Source: an uncultured Actinomycetota bacterium (GTDB taxonomy: Bacteria; Actinomycetota; Actinomycetes; Actinomycetales; Dermatophilaceae). Taken from it: a DNA stretch of 64,000 bases. Location of the stretch: the NCBI GenBank assembly GCA_963834965.1, contig CAWIEI010000002.1, forward strand, positions 27,359 through 91,358, written 5' to 3'. Shown here one piece after another: positions 29,223 to 39,868 of the stretch. A model generated the notes under the pieces. It saw nothing but the letters and a program-made list of their open reading frames with translations, had not been told where the DNA came from and searched no databases. Each line of letters begins with the position of its first letter. Position 1 is the stretch's first letter. The position numbers and the translations under genes were made by a program.

Positions 29223-30170
29223 ATGCCCCGCGTCATCCACACCGCCCAGGCGCTCGTCGACGCCGTGCTCGAGGTACCGGCCCTGCCCACCCGCGGCGGG
29301 AACGTGATGGCCACCTCCTACCAGCGCTACGCGGGGGGTGCCGTCACGATCCTGCTCGCGGCCGCCCGATCGGGAGCGTCGTGCGTGCATGCCGGCGCGG
29401 TCGGCGCCGGGCCCAACGGAGACCTGATCCGGGCCGCGCTGGCCGCCGAGGGGGTGCAGGTGTCCTCGCCGCCGGTGCCCGGCATCGACACCGGCGTCTG
29501 CGTGGTGCTCGTCGAGACCAGCGCCGAGCGCTCCTTCGTCACGACCCAGGGGGCCGAGCGCCACATCACCGTCGAGTCGCTCGCGAGCTGTGCTCCAGAA
29601 CCCGGTGACCTGGTCTGCGTCAGCGGCTACTCCCTCGTCGGGCGCACCCGCGACCCGCTAATGGCGTGGCTCGGCACCCTCGACCCGGGCGTCGTCGTGG
29701 TGCTCGACCCCGGTGCCGTCTTCAGCGACCTCGACGCCGCGCTGCGCGAGCGGGTGCTGGCGCGCACCACGGTGTGGACGGGCAACACCGACGAGGCCGC
29801 CGGGCTCACCGGGGTGCACGGGATGCACGAGGCCACCGAGGTGGTCGCCACCCTCCTGCCCCCGGATGCCGTCACGATCGTCCGCGACGGGCCGCGCGGC
29901 TGCGCGGTGCGCGAGGGCGGCCGCACCGACTTCCTGCCCGGTCACCCGCAGCGGCCGGTCGACACCAACGGTGCCGGTGACACCCACACCGGGGTGCTGC
30001 TCGCCGAGCGGGCCGCGGGGGCTTCCTGGACCCACGCCGCCGCGCGGGCCAACGCCGCCGGCGCCATCAAGGTGACCCGGCGCGGGCCGGACACCGCACC
30101 GACCCGGGCCGAGATCGACGACTTCCTCGCCGGTCAGGCGCCCGGCGGCCGGATGCCGACCGGCGGCTAG
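29223..30170 (+). CDS. PfkB-family carbohydrate kinase
   Basis: DTNGAGDTH; CATACT -10 just upstream of the ATG. Confidence 0.88.
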   Translation: MPRVIHTAQALVDAVLEVPALPTRGGNVMATSYQRYAGGAVTILLAAARSGASCVHAGAVGAGPNGDLIRAALAAEGVQVSSPPVPGIDTGVCVVLVETSAERSFVTTQGAERHITVESLASCAPEPGDLVCVSGYSLVGRTRDPLMAWLGTLDPGVVVVLDPGAVFSDLDAALRERVLARTTVWTGNTDEAAGLTGVHGMHEATEVVATLLPPDAVTIVRDGPRGCAVREGGRTDFLPGHPQRPVDTNGAGDTHTGVLLAERAAGASWTHAAARANAAGAIKVTRRGPDTAPTRAEIDDFLAGQAPGGRMPTGG

Positions 30171-30176
30171 GTTCAG

Positions 30177-30578
30177 CTAGCGGCTCTCGCGGGTCGCGCG
30201 GTCGTTGGCCTTCTGCAACGCCGTGACGAGCTCGTCCTTGGTCATCGTCGACCGCCCGGGCACGTCGAGCTTCCGCGCCAGCTCCATGAGGTGCTTCTTG
30301 CTGGCGTTCGCGTCGACGCCGCCGGCGGTCTCGCCGCCGCGACGAGCCGCGTCGCCCTCCTTCGCGGCCTGTGCGTCGGACGGACCCTTGCTGTCCTTGG
30401 CCTCCCAGTGGTCACCCACCTTCTCGAACGAGTGCTTCACCGCGGCGAACGCCGTGCGGTGGGCGCGCTCGCCCTCGCCGTACTCCTCCACCGCGGAGTC
30501 GTGGGTCTCGACCCAGGTGTGCTGGGCCTTCTCGGGTGAGCGAGCAAGCGTCGAGGGCAGCTCCTTCTTGCCGGGCAT
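30177..30578 (-). CDS. ChaB-family protein with C-terminal Rho-N-like domain
   Basis: ELPSTLARSP...AHRTAFAAVKHSFEKVGDHW; GRSTMTKDEL. Confidence 0.85.
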   Translation of the reverse strand: MPGKKELPSTLARSPEKAQHTWVETHDSAVEEYGEGERAHRTAFAAVKHSFEKVGDHWEAKDSKGPSDAQAAKEGDAARRGGETAGGVDANASKKHLMELARKLDVPGRSTMTKDELVTALQKANDRATRESR

Positions 30579-30677
30579 GGCTCCTCCTTCGTCGGGGACT
30601 GACACCGATGCCGTACCCGGTTGCCCGAGCGGCCATGCGCCCCACGGCTGCGGCGAGACAGGCTGCCTGACCTTCGT

Positions 30678-31370
30678 CTATCGCAGCCCGGCGTCGACGA
30701 GGTCGAGGAGGCGGCCGACGGCATCCCGCTGCTCCTCGGGCCCGAGCTCGGCGAGCGGGCCGTCGAGCAGCAGGACCGCGAGGCCGTGCACGGCGGCCCA
30801 GGCCGACACGTCGGTGAAGGCGCGGCGCTCGGGTGCCAGCACGCCGGTCGCGACGAGCTCGTCGACGCACGACACGAGGAGGTCGTACGGCCCGAGGCGA
30901 CCCCGACCCGGACCTGCATCCGGACCCGCATCCGGACCGGTCGCGTCCGGAGCCGGGTTCTTCGGGTCCGGGTGGGCTCCGGGGTGCATCGCCACGGCGA
31001 ACAGGCCCGGTTCGGACAGGGCGAAGGCGATGTAGGCGCTCCCGGTGGCGCGGAACCGTGCCCGGGCCCGGCGTCGCGCGGACTCGGCGGAGTCGTCATC
31101 CGGCTGCGACGTGGCGGCGCGTGCCTCGGCCGAGGCCATCTGCCGCTCCATCTCCTCCGCCATCTCACCGGCTGCGTACTGCGAGATCGCGACGAGCAGG
31201 GCGTCGCGGTGGGCGTAGTGGCGGTACGCGGCCGTGTTGCTCACCCCGGCCCGCCGCTGCACGTCGCGCAACGACACGGCATCCGGCCCGCCCTCGCGGG
31301 CCAGGGCGATGCCGTGCTCGAGCAGGGTCGCCTTGAGGTCGCGCCCGCGGCGGGAGCCGGTCTCCGGCAT
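30678..31370 (-). CDS. TetR-family regulator (WHG-type C-terminus)
   Basis: SLRDVQRRAGVSNTAAYRHY; WAAVHG. Confidence 0.9.
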   Translation of the reverse strand: MPETGSRRGRDLKATLLEHGIALAREGGPDAVSLRDVQRRAGVSNTAAYRHYAHRDALLVAISQYAAGEMAEEMERQMASAEARAATSQPDDDSAESARRRARARFRATGSAYIAFALSEPGLFAVAMHPGAHPDPKNPAPDATGPDAGPDAGPGRGRLGPYDLLVSCVDELVATGVLAPERRAFTDVSAWAAVHGLAVLLLDGPLAELGPEEQRDAVGRLLDLVDAGLR

Positions 31371-31389
31371 GGGGACATCCTCTCAGTCG

Positions 31390-31461
31390 GTAAACACTGT
31401 CAACTTACCCGTTGACACTGTCAACTTCTCGTGTGACCCTACTCATGTTTACACCGCTAAC
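31390..31461. promoter_or_regulatory. Three putative TetR operators
   Basis: GTAAACACTGTCAAC (31390), GTTGACACTGTCAAC (31411), GTTTACACCGCTAAC (31447). Confidence 0.75.
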
Positions 31462-31479
31462 ACGCAAAGGTGCCCTCCC

Positions 31480-33051
31480 ATGAACCTGTCCTTCCCTCGC
31501 CGCCAGGCGTCACCATCGGTGGTCCTCGGCGTCGTGCTGCTCGCCGTCCTCGCGATCACGGTCGAGACCACCGTCATCAACGTCGCCCTGCCCACGCTCA
31601 ACACCGACCTGGATGCGTCGACGACGCAGCTGCAGTGGATCGTCGACGCCTACAACCTCGCGTTCGCCGCCCTCGTGCTGGCCGGCGGCGGCCTGGGGGA
31701 CCGGTTCGGCCGCCGCGGCACGCTGGTGGTGGGCCTCGTCCTCTTCGCGGCCACCAACGTGTGGGCCGCACTCTCCACCGACGCCACCGGGCTGATCGTC
31801 TCCCGGGTCGCGATGGGTGGGGCGGCCGCGCTCGTCTACCCGACGACCCTCGCCATCATCACCGCCACCTTCCGCGACCGCCGGGCCCGCGCGGGCGCGA
31901 TCGGCGTGTGGGGTGCGGTGGGCGGCCTGGGCGTCGCCATCGGCCCGGTGCTCGGCGGCTACCTGCTCGAGCACTTCGCCTGGGGCAGCATCTTCTGGGC
32001 GCTCATCCCCGCCGCTGCGCTGGCCGCCGGGCTGGCCTGGTTCCTCGTGCCCGACTCGCGCGAGGCCCACCAGCCGGCGCTCGACCTGCCCGGGCTCGCG
32101 CTGTCCGTGCTGATGCTCGGCAGCCTCGTCTACACGATCATCGAGGCCCCGTCGCGCGGCTGGCTCTCGGCGGCGACCATCGGCGGGTTCACCGTCGCAG
32201 CGCTCGCCACGGCCGCCTTCATCGCCGTCGAGCTGCGCCGCCCCGACCCGCTCATCGACGTCTCGCTCTTCGCGAACCTGCGCTTCAGCGCAGCCAGTGG
32301 CGCGGTGACGGTCGCGTTCTTCGCGCTCTTCGGTTTCATCTTCCTGATCACCCTGTTCTTCCAGCTGGTGCAGGCCCAGACCCCGCTGACCACGGGCGTG
32401 CGGGTGGTCCCCGTCGCCGTGTCGATCGCCGTCGGGTCGATCCTCGGAACCCGCCTCGGGGTCACCTGGCTGGGCACCAAGGTCGTCGTCACGGCGGGCC
32501 TGCTGATGCTGGCCGCCGCCTTCGCCTGGGTGGCCACGATCGGTGCCGACGTCGCCTACGGCCAGGTGGCCGCCCAGATGGTGCTGCTCGGCACCGGGCT
32601 GGGTCTCACCACCGCGCCGGCCACGGAGTCGATCATGGGCGTCGTGCGACCCGAGCAGGCCGGCGCCGGCTCGGCGCTCAACGACGCCACCCGGCAGGTG
32701 GGCGGCACCCTCGGCGTCGCCGTCCTGGGCAGCATCTACTCCACGTTGTACCTGCGCAGCCTGGACTCCTCCGCGGCGATGTCCGGCCTGCCGGCGGGGG
32801 TGCGCCGGCTGGCGGGGGAGGGCGTCGCCCAGGGGCTCGCGGTCGCCCAGGCCGCCCCGGCCGGCGCTGCTCCCGCCGTTCGGACCGCCGTCGTCGACGC
32901 CTTCCTCGACGGGCTGCACGCCGGCTGCCTCACCGCGGCGGGCGTCTGCCTCCTCGGAGCCGTGGCCGTCGCCATCCTCCTGCCGGCCCGCCCTCTTCCC
33001 GGCACCGCGGAGACCGGCGCGGCGCTCGAGCCGGCGCCGGCGCTGGCCTGA
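31480..33051 (+). CDS. MFS efflux transporter, DHA2 (14-TM) family
   Basis: LQWIVDAYNL, GDRFGRR, GPVLGG motifs. Confidence 0.92.
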   Translation: MNLSFPRRQASPSVVLGVVLLAVLAITVETTVINVALPTLNTDLDASTTQLQWIVDAYNLAFAALVLAGGGLGDRFGRRGTLVVGLVLFAATNVWAALSTDATGLIVSRVAMGGAAALVYPTTLAIITATFRDRRARAGAIGVWGAVGGLGVAIGPVLGGYLLEHFAWGSIFWALIPAAALAAGLAWFLVPDSREAHQPALDLPGLALSVLMLGSLVYTIIEAPSRGWLSAATIGGFTVAALATAAFIAVELRRPDPLIDVSLFANLRFSAASGAVTVAFFALFGFIFLITLFFQLVQAQTPLTTGVRVVPVAVSIAVGSILGTRLGVTWLGTKVVVTAGLLMLAAAFAWVATIGADVAYGQVAAQMVLLGTGLGLTTAPATESIMGVVRPEQAGAGSALNDATRQVGGTLGVAVLGSIYSTLYLRSLDSSAAMSGLPAGVRRLAGEGVAQGLAVAQAAPAGAAPAVRTAVVDAFLDGLHAGCLTAAGVCLLGAVAVAILLPARPLPGTAETGAALEPAPALA

Positions 33052-33062
33052 TCGGGTCGCGA

Positions 33063-33088
33063 AGGCCCCCCAGGCGTCTGGGGGGCCT
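33063..33088. terminator. Hairpin between convergent genes
   Basis: AGGCCCCCCAG-gcgt-CTGGGGGGCCT. Confidence 0.65.
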
Positions 33089-33110
33089 CCGCGTTCCCCA
33101 GAGCTGCTGC

Positions 33111-33545
33111 TCAGGCCAGCCGGTCGAGGTCGGAGCGGCAGCGGCGCTCGAACTCGCTGAGCTCGGACAGTGCGGCGTCGATGTCGCGCCGGCGCTGCTC
33201 GAGGTCGGCGCGGCGGTCGTCGATCTGCCCGAGCACGTACTCGAGCTGCGACCGTCGCCCGCGCGGCACGTCGTACAGGTCGATGATCGTGCGGATCTCC
33301 TCGAGCGGGAAGCCGAGCCGCTTGCCACGCAGGATCAGGGCGAGCCGGGTGCGATCGCGCCGGTGGTAGAGCCGGGCGGTGCCCCGGCGCTCGGGTGAGA
33401 TCAGGCCCAGCTCCTCGTAGTGCCGCACCGTGCGGTGGGTGACCCCGAACTCGTCGGCGACCTGCGCGATCGACCAGGTGCGCTCGCGCTCGCCGGGCTC
33501 GGGAGCGGTGGGGGAGCGCACGGCATCCGTCACGGGGGTTGGCAT
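33111..33545 (-). CDS. MerR-family regulator, LiuR-like
   Basis: GVTHRTVRHYEELGLISP; LILRGKRLGFPLEEI; divergent from acyl-CoA catabolic genes. Confidence 0.88.
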   Translation of the reverse strand: MPTPVTDAVRSPTAPEPGERERTWSIAQVADEFGVTHRTVRHYEELGLISPERRGTARLYHRRDRTRLALILRGKRLGFPLEEIRTIIDLYDVPRGRRSQLEYVLGQIDDRRADLEQRRRDIDAALSELSEFERRCRSDLDRLA

Positions 33546-33560
33546 ACCGGCGAGTATTGC

Positions 33561-33582
33561 TTTACGTTGACGTCAACGTCAA
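33561..33582. promoter_or_regulatory. LiuR-type operator
   Basis: TTTACGTTGACGTCAACGTCAA containing the perfect palindrome ACGTTGACGTCAACGT. Confidence 0.75.
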
Positions 33583-33643
33583 GAACCCGACGACCTGCCA
33601 CCCCCGGCGACCGGGGGTGCACCACCTGCGCGAAGGAGCGCCG

Positions 33644-34831
33644 ATGTACGAGCTGAGCAAGGACCACGAGGACTTCCGCAAGGTGGTCCGCGAGTTCGCC
33701 ACCGAGGCCGTCGAGCCGCACGTCGCCCAGTGGGACCGCGACCACCACTTCCCGGCCGACCTGGTGCCGCAGCTGGGTGACCTCGGCCTGTTCGGCCTGG
33801 TGGTGCCCGACGAGTTCGGTGGCTCGCTCGAGGACTCCGACGGTGGCGCCTTCACCAACCTCTGCATCGCGATCGAGGAGCTGGGCCGGGTCGACCAGTC
33901 GATCGGCATCACCCTGTCGGCCGGGGTCGGGCTGGGCATCAACCCGATCCTCACCTACGGCAGCCAGGAGCAGAAGGAGCGCTTCCTGCCCGACCTCGTG
34001 TCGGGCCGCGCGCTCGCCGGGTTCGGCCTCACCGAGCCGGATGCCGGCAGCGACGCGGGTGCCACCCGCACCAAGGCGGTGCTCGACAACGGTGAATGGG
34101 TCGTCGACGGCGCCAAGGCATTCATCACGAACTCCGGCACGCCCATCACCTCGGTCGTCACGGTCACGGCGCGCACGGGCACCGACGAGAAGGGGCGCCC
34201 GGAGATCTCGGCGATCATGATCCCCTCCGGCACAGCCGGTTTCACCGTCGAGGCCCCCTACGACAAGCTCGGCTGGAACATCTCCGACACCCACGGCCTG
34301 TCCTTCAGCGGATGCCGCGTGCCCGAGGACCACCTGCTCGGCCAGCGCGGTCAGGGCTTCCGCCAGTTCCTCAAGACCCTCGACGACGGCCGCATCGCGA
34401 TCAGCGCGCTGGCGCTGGGGCTGATCACCCGGATGCGCGAGGAGGCCACGGCCTACGCCAAGAGCCGCACGGCGTTCGGCAGACCGATCGGGGTCAACCA
34501 GGGGGTCGCGTTCCCGATCGCCGACCTCGCCGTCATGGAGGAGACCTCGCGCCTGCTCACCTACCGGGCCGCCTGGCTCAAGGACGAGCACGAGAGCGGC
34601 CGCCGCTCGGTGGCCGAGGTCAAGCAGGCCGCGGCGGTGGCGAAGCTCTACACCTCCGAGGCTGCGGTGTCCGCCACCCGGATCGCCACCCAGGTCTTCG
34701 GCGGCAACGGCTTCATGGAGGAGTACCCCGTGGCCCGCTTCTACCGCGACGCCAAGATCCTCGAGATCGGCGAGGGCACCTCCGAGGTGCAGCGCATGGT
34801 CATCGCCAAGGGCCTCGGCCTCCCGGCATGA
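33644..34831 (+). CDS. Acyl-CoA dehydrogenase
   Basis: GLTEPDAGSD, GAKAFITN, QVFGGNG, IGEGTSEVQ. Confidence 0.95.
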   Translation: MYELSKDHEDFRKVVREFATEAVEPHVAQWDRDHHFPADLVPQLGDLGLFGLVVPDEFGGSLEDSDGGAFTNLCIAIEELGRVDQSIGITLSAGVGLGINPILTYGSQEQKERFLPDLVSGRALAGFGLTEPDAGSDAGATRTKAVLDNGEWVVDGAKAFITNSGTPITSVVTVTARTGTDEKGRPEISAIMIPSGTAGFTVEAPYDKLGWNISDTHGLSFSGCRVPEDHLLGQRGQGFRQFLKTLDDGRIAISALALGLITRMREEATAYAKSRTAFGRPIGVNQGVAFPIADLAVMEETSRLLTYRAAWLKDEHESGRRSVAEVKQAAAVAKLYTSEAAVSATRIATQVFGGNGFMEEYPVARFYRDAKILEIGEGTSEVQRMVIAKGLGLPA

Positions 34832-36381
34832 CCGACGACCCACGGGTCGCGGACGTGCGGGCGCGGCTGGAAGCCGCACACACGGCATCCGAACGACCGA
34901 CCGAGAAGGCCGCGGCCAAGCTCGCGAGCCAGAACAAGCTCTACGTGCGCGACCGCATCGCCCTGCTGGTCGACGACGGCAGCTTCGTCGAGGACGGCCG
35001 CTACGCCAACTCGCGCGCCGCCGGGCTGCCGGCCGACGGCGTGGTCACGGGCCGGGGCACGGTCGACGGGCGGCCGGTCGTGGTCATCGCCAACGACCCG
35101 ACCGTGAAGGCCGGCTCGTGGGGTGCGCGCACCGTCGAGAAGATCGTGCGGGCCACCGAAACGGCTCTGCGCGAGGAGCTTCCGGTGTTCTGGCTGGTCG
35201 ACAGCGCCGGCGCCCGCATCACCGACCAGGTCGAGATGTTCCCCGGTCGTCGCGGCGCGGGGCGGATCTTCCACAACCAGGTGGCGCTGTCGGGGAAGGT
35301 GCCGCAGGTCTGCTGCCTGTTCGGTCCGTCGGCGGCGGGTGGGGCCTACATCCCGAGCTTCTGCGACATCATCATCATGGTCGAGGGCAACGCCTCGATG
35401 TACCTCGGCAGCCCGCGGATGGCCGAGATGGTCGTCGGCGAGAAGGTGTCGCTCGAGGAGATGGGTGGCGCGCGGATGCACTGCACCGTCTCGGGCGTCG
35501 GCGACCTCCTGGCGCACGACGACACCGAGGCGATCGAGCTGGCCCGGCTGTACTTCTCCTACCTGCCGGGCAGCTGGCGGCAGCCCCTCCCGACCTACCA
35601 CCCGGAGGAGCCGGCGGAGCCGCTCACCCGGGCGTCGGTGCCCGAGCGCGAGAGCCAGCCGTTCGACGTGCACGACTTCATCGACGGGCTGGTCGACGAC
35701 GGCAGCTTCTTCGAGGTCAAGCCGTTGTTCGCGGCCGAGCTGGTGGTCGGGTTCGCACGGATGGGCGGTGAGACCGTCGGCATCGTCGCCAACAACTCGG
35801 CCGTCAAGGGTGGGGTGCTGTTCACCGACTCGGCCGACAAGGCGTCGCGGTTCATCTGGCTGTGCGACGCCTTCTCGGTGCCGCTGGTCTACCTCGCCGA
35901 CGTGCCCGGCTTCATGATCGGCTCCGAGGTCGAGCGCGGCGGCATCATCCGGCACGGAGCGAAGATGGTGTCGGCGGTGGCGTCGGCCACGGTGCCGCAG
36001 CTCTGCGTCGTCGTGCGCAAGGCCTACGGCGCCGGGCTGTACGCGATGGGCGGCCCCGGGTTCGGGCCCGATGCCACGATCGCGCTGCCCACCGCGCGGA
36101 TCGCGGTCATGGGCCCGGAGGCCGCCGTGAACGCGGTGTACGCCAACAAGATCGCCGAGGTGGAGGCGGCCGAGGGGGCTGCGGCTCGCGACGCGTTCGT
36201 CGCGGATCGGCGGGCCGAGTACGAGGCCGACGTCGACCTCGAGCGGCTTGCTGCCGACCTCGTCATCGACCAGGTCGTGGAGGCCGACGCGCTCCGCGGC
36301 GAGCTGCTGCACCGGCTGCGCTACGCCGCCCGCCGCGACCGGCACTTCGCCGACAAGCGCCGCGACGTCCCCCCGGTCTGA
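34828..36381 (+). CDS. Acyl-CoA carboxylase carboxyltransferase (beta) subunit, MCC-like
   Basis: DSAGAR, AGGAY, DVPGFMIG, RKAYGAG; ATGA overlap. Confidence 0.92.
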   Translation: MTDDPRVADVRARLEAAHTASERPTEKAAAKLASQNKLYVRDRIALLVDDGSFVEDGRYANSRAAGLPADGVVTGRGTVDGRPVVVIANDPTVKAGSWGARTVEKIVRATETALREELPVFWLVDSAGARITDQVEMFPGRRGAGRIFHNQVALSGKVPQVCCLFGPSAAGGAYIPSFCDIIIMVEGNASMYLGSPRMAEMVVGEKVSLEEMGGARMHCTVSGVGDLLAHDDTEAIELARLYFSYLPGSWRQPLPTYHPEEPAEPLTRASVPERESQPFDVHDFIDGLVDDGSFFEVKPLFAAELVVGFARMGGETVGIVANNSAVKGGVLFTDSADKASRFIWLCDAFSVPLVYLADVPGFMIGSEVERGGIIRHGAKMVSAVASATVPQLCVVVRKAYGAGLYAMGGPGFGPDATIALPTARIAVMGPEAAVNAVYANKIAEVEAAEGAAARDAFVADRRAEYEADVDLERLAADLVIDQVVEADALRGELLHRLRYAARRDRHFADKRRDVPPV

Positions 36382-36388
36382 CCGGTCG

Positions 36389-36475
36389 GAGGCAGGATCG
36401 ACCAACAGGTCAAACATGTCCCAAGGACACCCGGGCCGGCCGGGGCAGGATCGACCAAGAGGTCAATGTTGTCCC
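36389..36475 (+). repeat. Repeat family III, two tandem copies 53 bp apart
   Basis: GAGGCAGGATCGACCAACAGGTCAAACATGTCCC and GGGGCAGGATCGACCAAGAGGTCAATGTTGTCCC. Confidence 0.85.
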
Positions 36476-36482
36476 AGCGTGC

Positions 36483-36800
36483 TCAGCCGCCGGCGATCTC
36501 GCGCAGCGCCGCCAGGTGGCCGGTGTAGGCGGTGCGGCCGGCCCGGGTCAGCGAGAGCCAGGTGCGCGGCCGCTTGCCGACGTAGCCCTTGCGCACCTTC
36601 ACGTACCCGGCCTGCTCGAGGGTCGAGACCTGCTTCGACAGCACCGAGTCACTGACCTCGACCTCGTCGCGCACGAGCGCGAACTCGGCCTCGTCGACCG
36701 CCGCCAGGGTGGCGACGATGCTGAACCGCACCGGCGCGTGGATGACGTCGTCGAGCCGGTGCCGCGCGTGCGGCGGCCGTATGGTGCCCTCGGCGGTCAC
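36483..36800 (-). CDS. Winged-helix transcriptional regulator (HTH_34-like)
   Basis: LDDVIHAPVRFSI; SDSVLSKQVSTLEQAGYV; GTGA overlap. Confidence 0.85.
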   Translation of the reverse strand: MTAEGTIRPPHARHRLDDVIHAPVRFSIVATLAAVDEAEFALVRDEVEVSDSVLSKQVSTLEQAGYVKVRKGYVGKRPRTWLSLTRAGRTAYTGHLAALREIAGG

Positions 36801-37261
36801 TTCTGTCCCCTGCGCGCGATGACCAGTGCCGCGACGAGCATCGGCACGGCGACCACGCCACCGGCGAGGAGCAGCAGCAGGACGTCCTCGCTCGGCGTGC
36901 TGCCGTCGAGCTCCTGCTGGGCCTCGCGGTAGTTCAGCGTCATCACCACCGCGAGGAACAAGACCATGGTGGCGGTGAACCCGGTCCAGCTGACGCGCCT
37001 GGCGTGCCGCGGCCAGCTGCGGCTGGACCGGGTCTGCCACAGGCTGAGCGCGACCAGCATCAGGACGTAGGACGACAGGACGACGACCTGCCACCCGGAG
37101 CCCTCGGCCAGCCGGTACAAGGCCACGTAGGCGCCGATGAGGAGCCCGAACCCGGCGGTGGCCAGGGCGTGGACACGTCGGTCGTCAGCCCTGCGGTTGG
37201 TGGCGGCCTCGGCCTCGGCGAGCTGCTCGCGGGCCTGCTGGGGCGTGATGTCGTGCTGCAT
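36797..37261 (-). CDS. Four-TM hypothetical membrane protein
   Basis: RBS GGAGGG; hydrophobic segments; coupled to the wHTH gene. Confidence 0.75.
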   Translation of the reverse strand: MQHDITPQQAREQLAEAEAATNRRADDRRVHALATAGFGLLIGAYVALYRLAEGSGWQVVVLSSYVLMLVALSLWQTRSSRSWPRHARRVSWTGFTATMVLFLAVVMTLNYREAQQELDGSTPSEDVLLLLLAGGVVAVPMLVAALVIARRGQK

Positions 37262-37312
37262 GGTGGGTCCCTCCCGTGGTGTCCCTGTCCGGTCGATGCA
37301 CCCACCGTAAGA

Positions 37313-37339
37313 AACTACTTTCCACTCTGTCAAGTAGTT
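37313..37339. promoter_or_regulatory. Inverted-repeat operator upstream of the membrane protein/wHTH operon
   Basis: AACTACTT-N11-AAGTAGTT. Confidence 0.6.
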
Positions 37340-37371
37340 GCCGTCATGCATGGGCTTGGGACAAGATCGAC

Positions 37372-38106
<735 letters not shown>

Positions 38107-38233
38107 ACGGCACAACCTAATGCGCAGGTGACGATGCACACGCCCCCGCGGTGCGAGAACAGTCAACTACACGCCGTAGTATTCAAGGCGGACGTCCGGT
38201 GCCGAACGCCTCCGGACGAGAAGGAGACCACCC

Positions 38234-39865
38234 GTGTCCGGAGCCGACCGCGACCTCACCCCGCTCGCACCCATCGGCATGGGCAGGACCCGGTCGGGGC
38301 CGGTGCGCGAACAGCGCCCGGTCTACGTCGACCTGCTGCCGCCCTGCAACGCCGGCTGCCCCGCCGGCGAGAACATCCAGTCGTGGCTCGCGCTGGTCAA
38401 GGCCGGAAACTCGGAGGCCGCCTGGCGTGCCCTCACCGCCGACAACCCCTTCCCGGCCGTCCACGGCCGGGTCTGCTACCACCCGTGCGAGGTCGCTTGC
38501 AACCGGGTCGAGCTCGACGGCGCGGTCTCGATCCACGGGGTCGAGCGCTTCCTCGGCGACCTCGCCATCGAGCACGGCTGGACCTTCGACCCGCCGCCGC
38601 CCCCCACCGGCCGCCGCGTGCTCGTCATCGGCTCGGGCCCGAGCGGGCTCTCCGCCGCCTACCACCTGACCCGGATGGGGCACGCGGTCACAGTGCGCGA
38701 CAGCGGGTCCGAGCCGGGCGGGATGATGCGTTACGGCATCCCGAGCTACCGCCTGCCACGCCCCGTGCTCGATGCGGAGATCGACCGGCTGCGGGTGCTC
38801 GGCGTGACCTTCGAGCAGGACCACCGGGTGGTCGACCTGCCGGCCGAGATGCGCGACGGCGGCTTCGACGCCGCCTTCGTCGCCGTCGGGGCGCACCTGT
38901 CGACCCGGGTCGACATCCCCAACCAGGACGCCTCGCGGGTCGTCGACGCCGTCGAGTTCCTGCGCGGTGCCTCGTCGGGCACCCAGGCGCCGATCAGCGG
39001 CCGCGTGGCGGTCTACGGCGGCGGCAACACGGCAATGGATGCCGCGCGCGTCGCCCGCCGCCTCGGTGCCGACGACACCGTCATCGTCTACCGGCGCACC
39101 CGCGAGCAGATGCCGGCCCACGAGTCCGAGGCGCAGGACGCCGAGGCCGAGGGGATCCGGATCAACTGGCTGCGCACCATCAGCTCGATGGGCGACGACG
39201 ACCTCACCGTCGAGATCCAGGAGCTCGACGAGCACGGAAAGCCGCACGGCACCGGCCGGTTCGAGACGCTCGAGGCCGACACGGTCATCCTGGCGCTGGG
39301 CCAGGCAAGTGACACCGGCTTCCTGCAGGGCGTTTCCGGCATCGAGTTCCAGCGCGACACGGTGCAGGTCGACAAGACCACGCTGATGACCGGTGCGCCC
39401 GGCATCTTCGCCGGTGGCGACGCCGTGCCGAGCCAGCGCACCGTGACCGTCGGCACGGGGCACGGCAAGCGCGCGGCCCGCTCGATCGACGCCTGGCTGC
39501 GCGCCCAGCCGCACGAGGACGCCCCCAAGCACCCGGTCGCCGAGTTCGACAAGCTCAACCTCTGGTACTTCGGGGTGCACGGCCGCAGCGAGCAGGTCGG
39601 CCTCGACCCGGCCACCCGGGTGCAGACCTTCGACGAGGTGCTGACCGGGCTGTCGCCCGACGAGGCGGCGTTCGAGGCCGGGCGCTGCCTGTCCTGCGGC
39701 AACTGCTTCGAGTGCGACGGCTGCCTGGGCTCCTGCCCCGAGGATGCCGTCATCAAGCTGGGGGTCGGGTTGCGGTACCGGTTCGACCTGGACAAGTGCA
39801 CCGGCTGCGGCACGTGCTACCGGCAGTGCCCGGTGCACGCCATCGACATGATCGCGGAGGTCTGA
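38234..39865 (+). CDS. GltD-like FAD/NAD(P)-binding Fe-S oxidoreductase with C-terminal 2[4Fe-4S] domain
   Basis: PCNAGCP, GRVCYHPCE, GSGPSG, GGGNTAMD, CFECDGCLGSCP, CTGCGTCYRQCP. Confidence 0.92.
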   Translation: MSGADRDLTPLAPIGMGRTRSGPVREQRPVYVDLLPPCNAGCPAGENIQSWLALVKAGNSEAAWRALTADNPFPAVHGRVCYHPCEVACNRVELDGAVSIHGVERFLGDLAIEHGWTFDPPPPPTGRRVLVIGSGPSGLSAAYHLTRMGHAVTVRDSGSEPGGMMRYGIPSYRLPRPVLDAEIDRLRVLGVTFEQDHRVVDLPAEMRDGGFDAAFVAVGAHLSTRVDIPNQDASRVVDAVEFLRGASSGTQAPISGRVAVYGGGNTAMDAARVARRLGADDTVIVYRRTREQMPAHESEAQDAEAEGIRINWLRTISSMGDDDLTVEIQELDEHGKPHGTGRFETLEADTVILALGQASDTGFLQGVSGIEFQRDTVQVDKTTLMTGAPGIFAGGDAVPSQRTVTVGTGHGKRAARSIDAWLRAQPHEDAPKHPVAEFDKLNLWYFGVHGRSEQVGLDPATRVQTFDEVLTGLSPDEAAFEAGRCLSCGNCFECDGCLGSCPEDAVIKLGVGLRYRFDLDKCTGCGTCYRQCPVHAIDMIAEV

Positions 39866-39868
39866 GCC

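Noticed and set aside
38166-38180. Short inverted repeat ACTAC-N5-GTAGT upstream of the PFOR operon
   Set aside because: Too short to assign, and it does not match the Rex or FNR/CRP consensus I know
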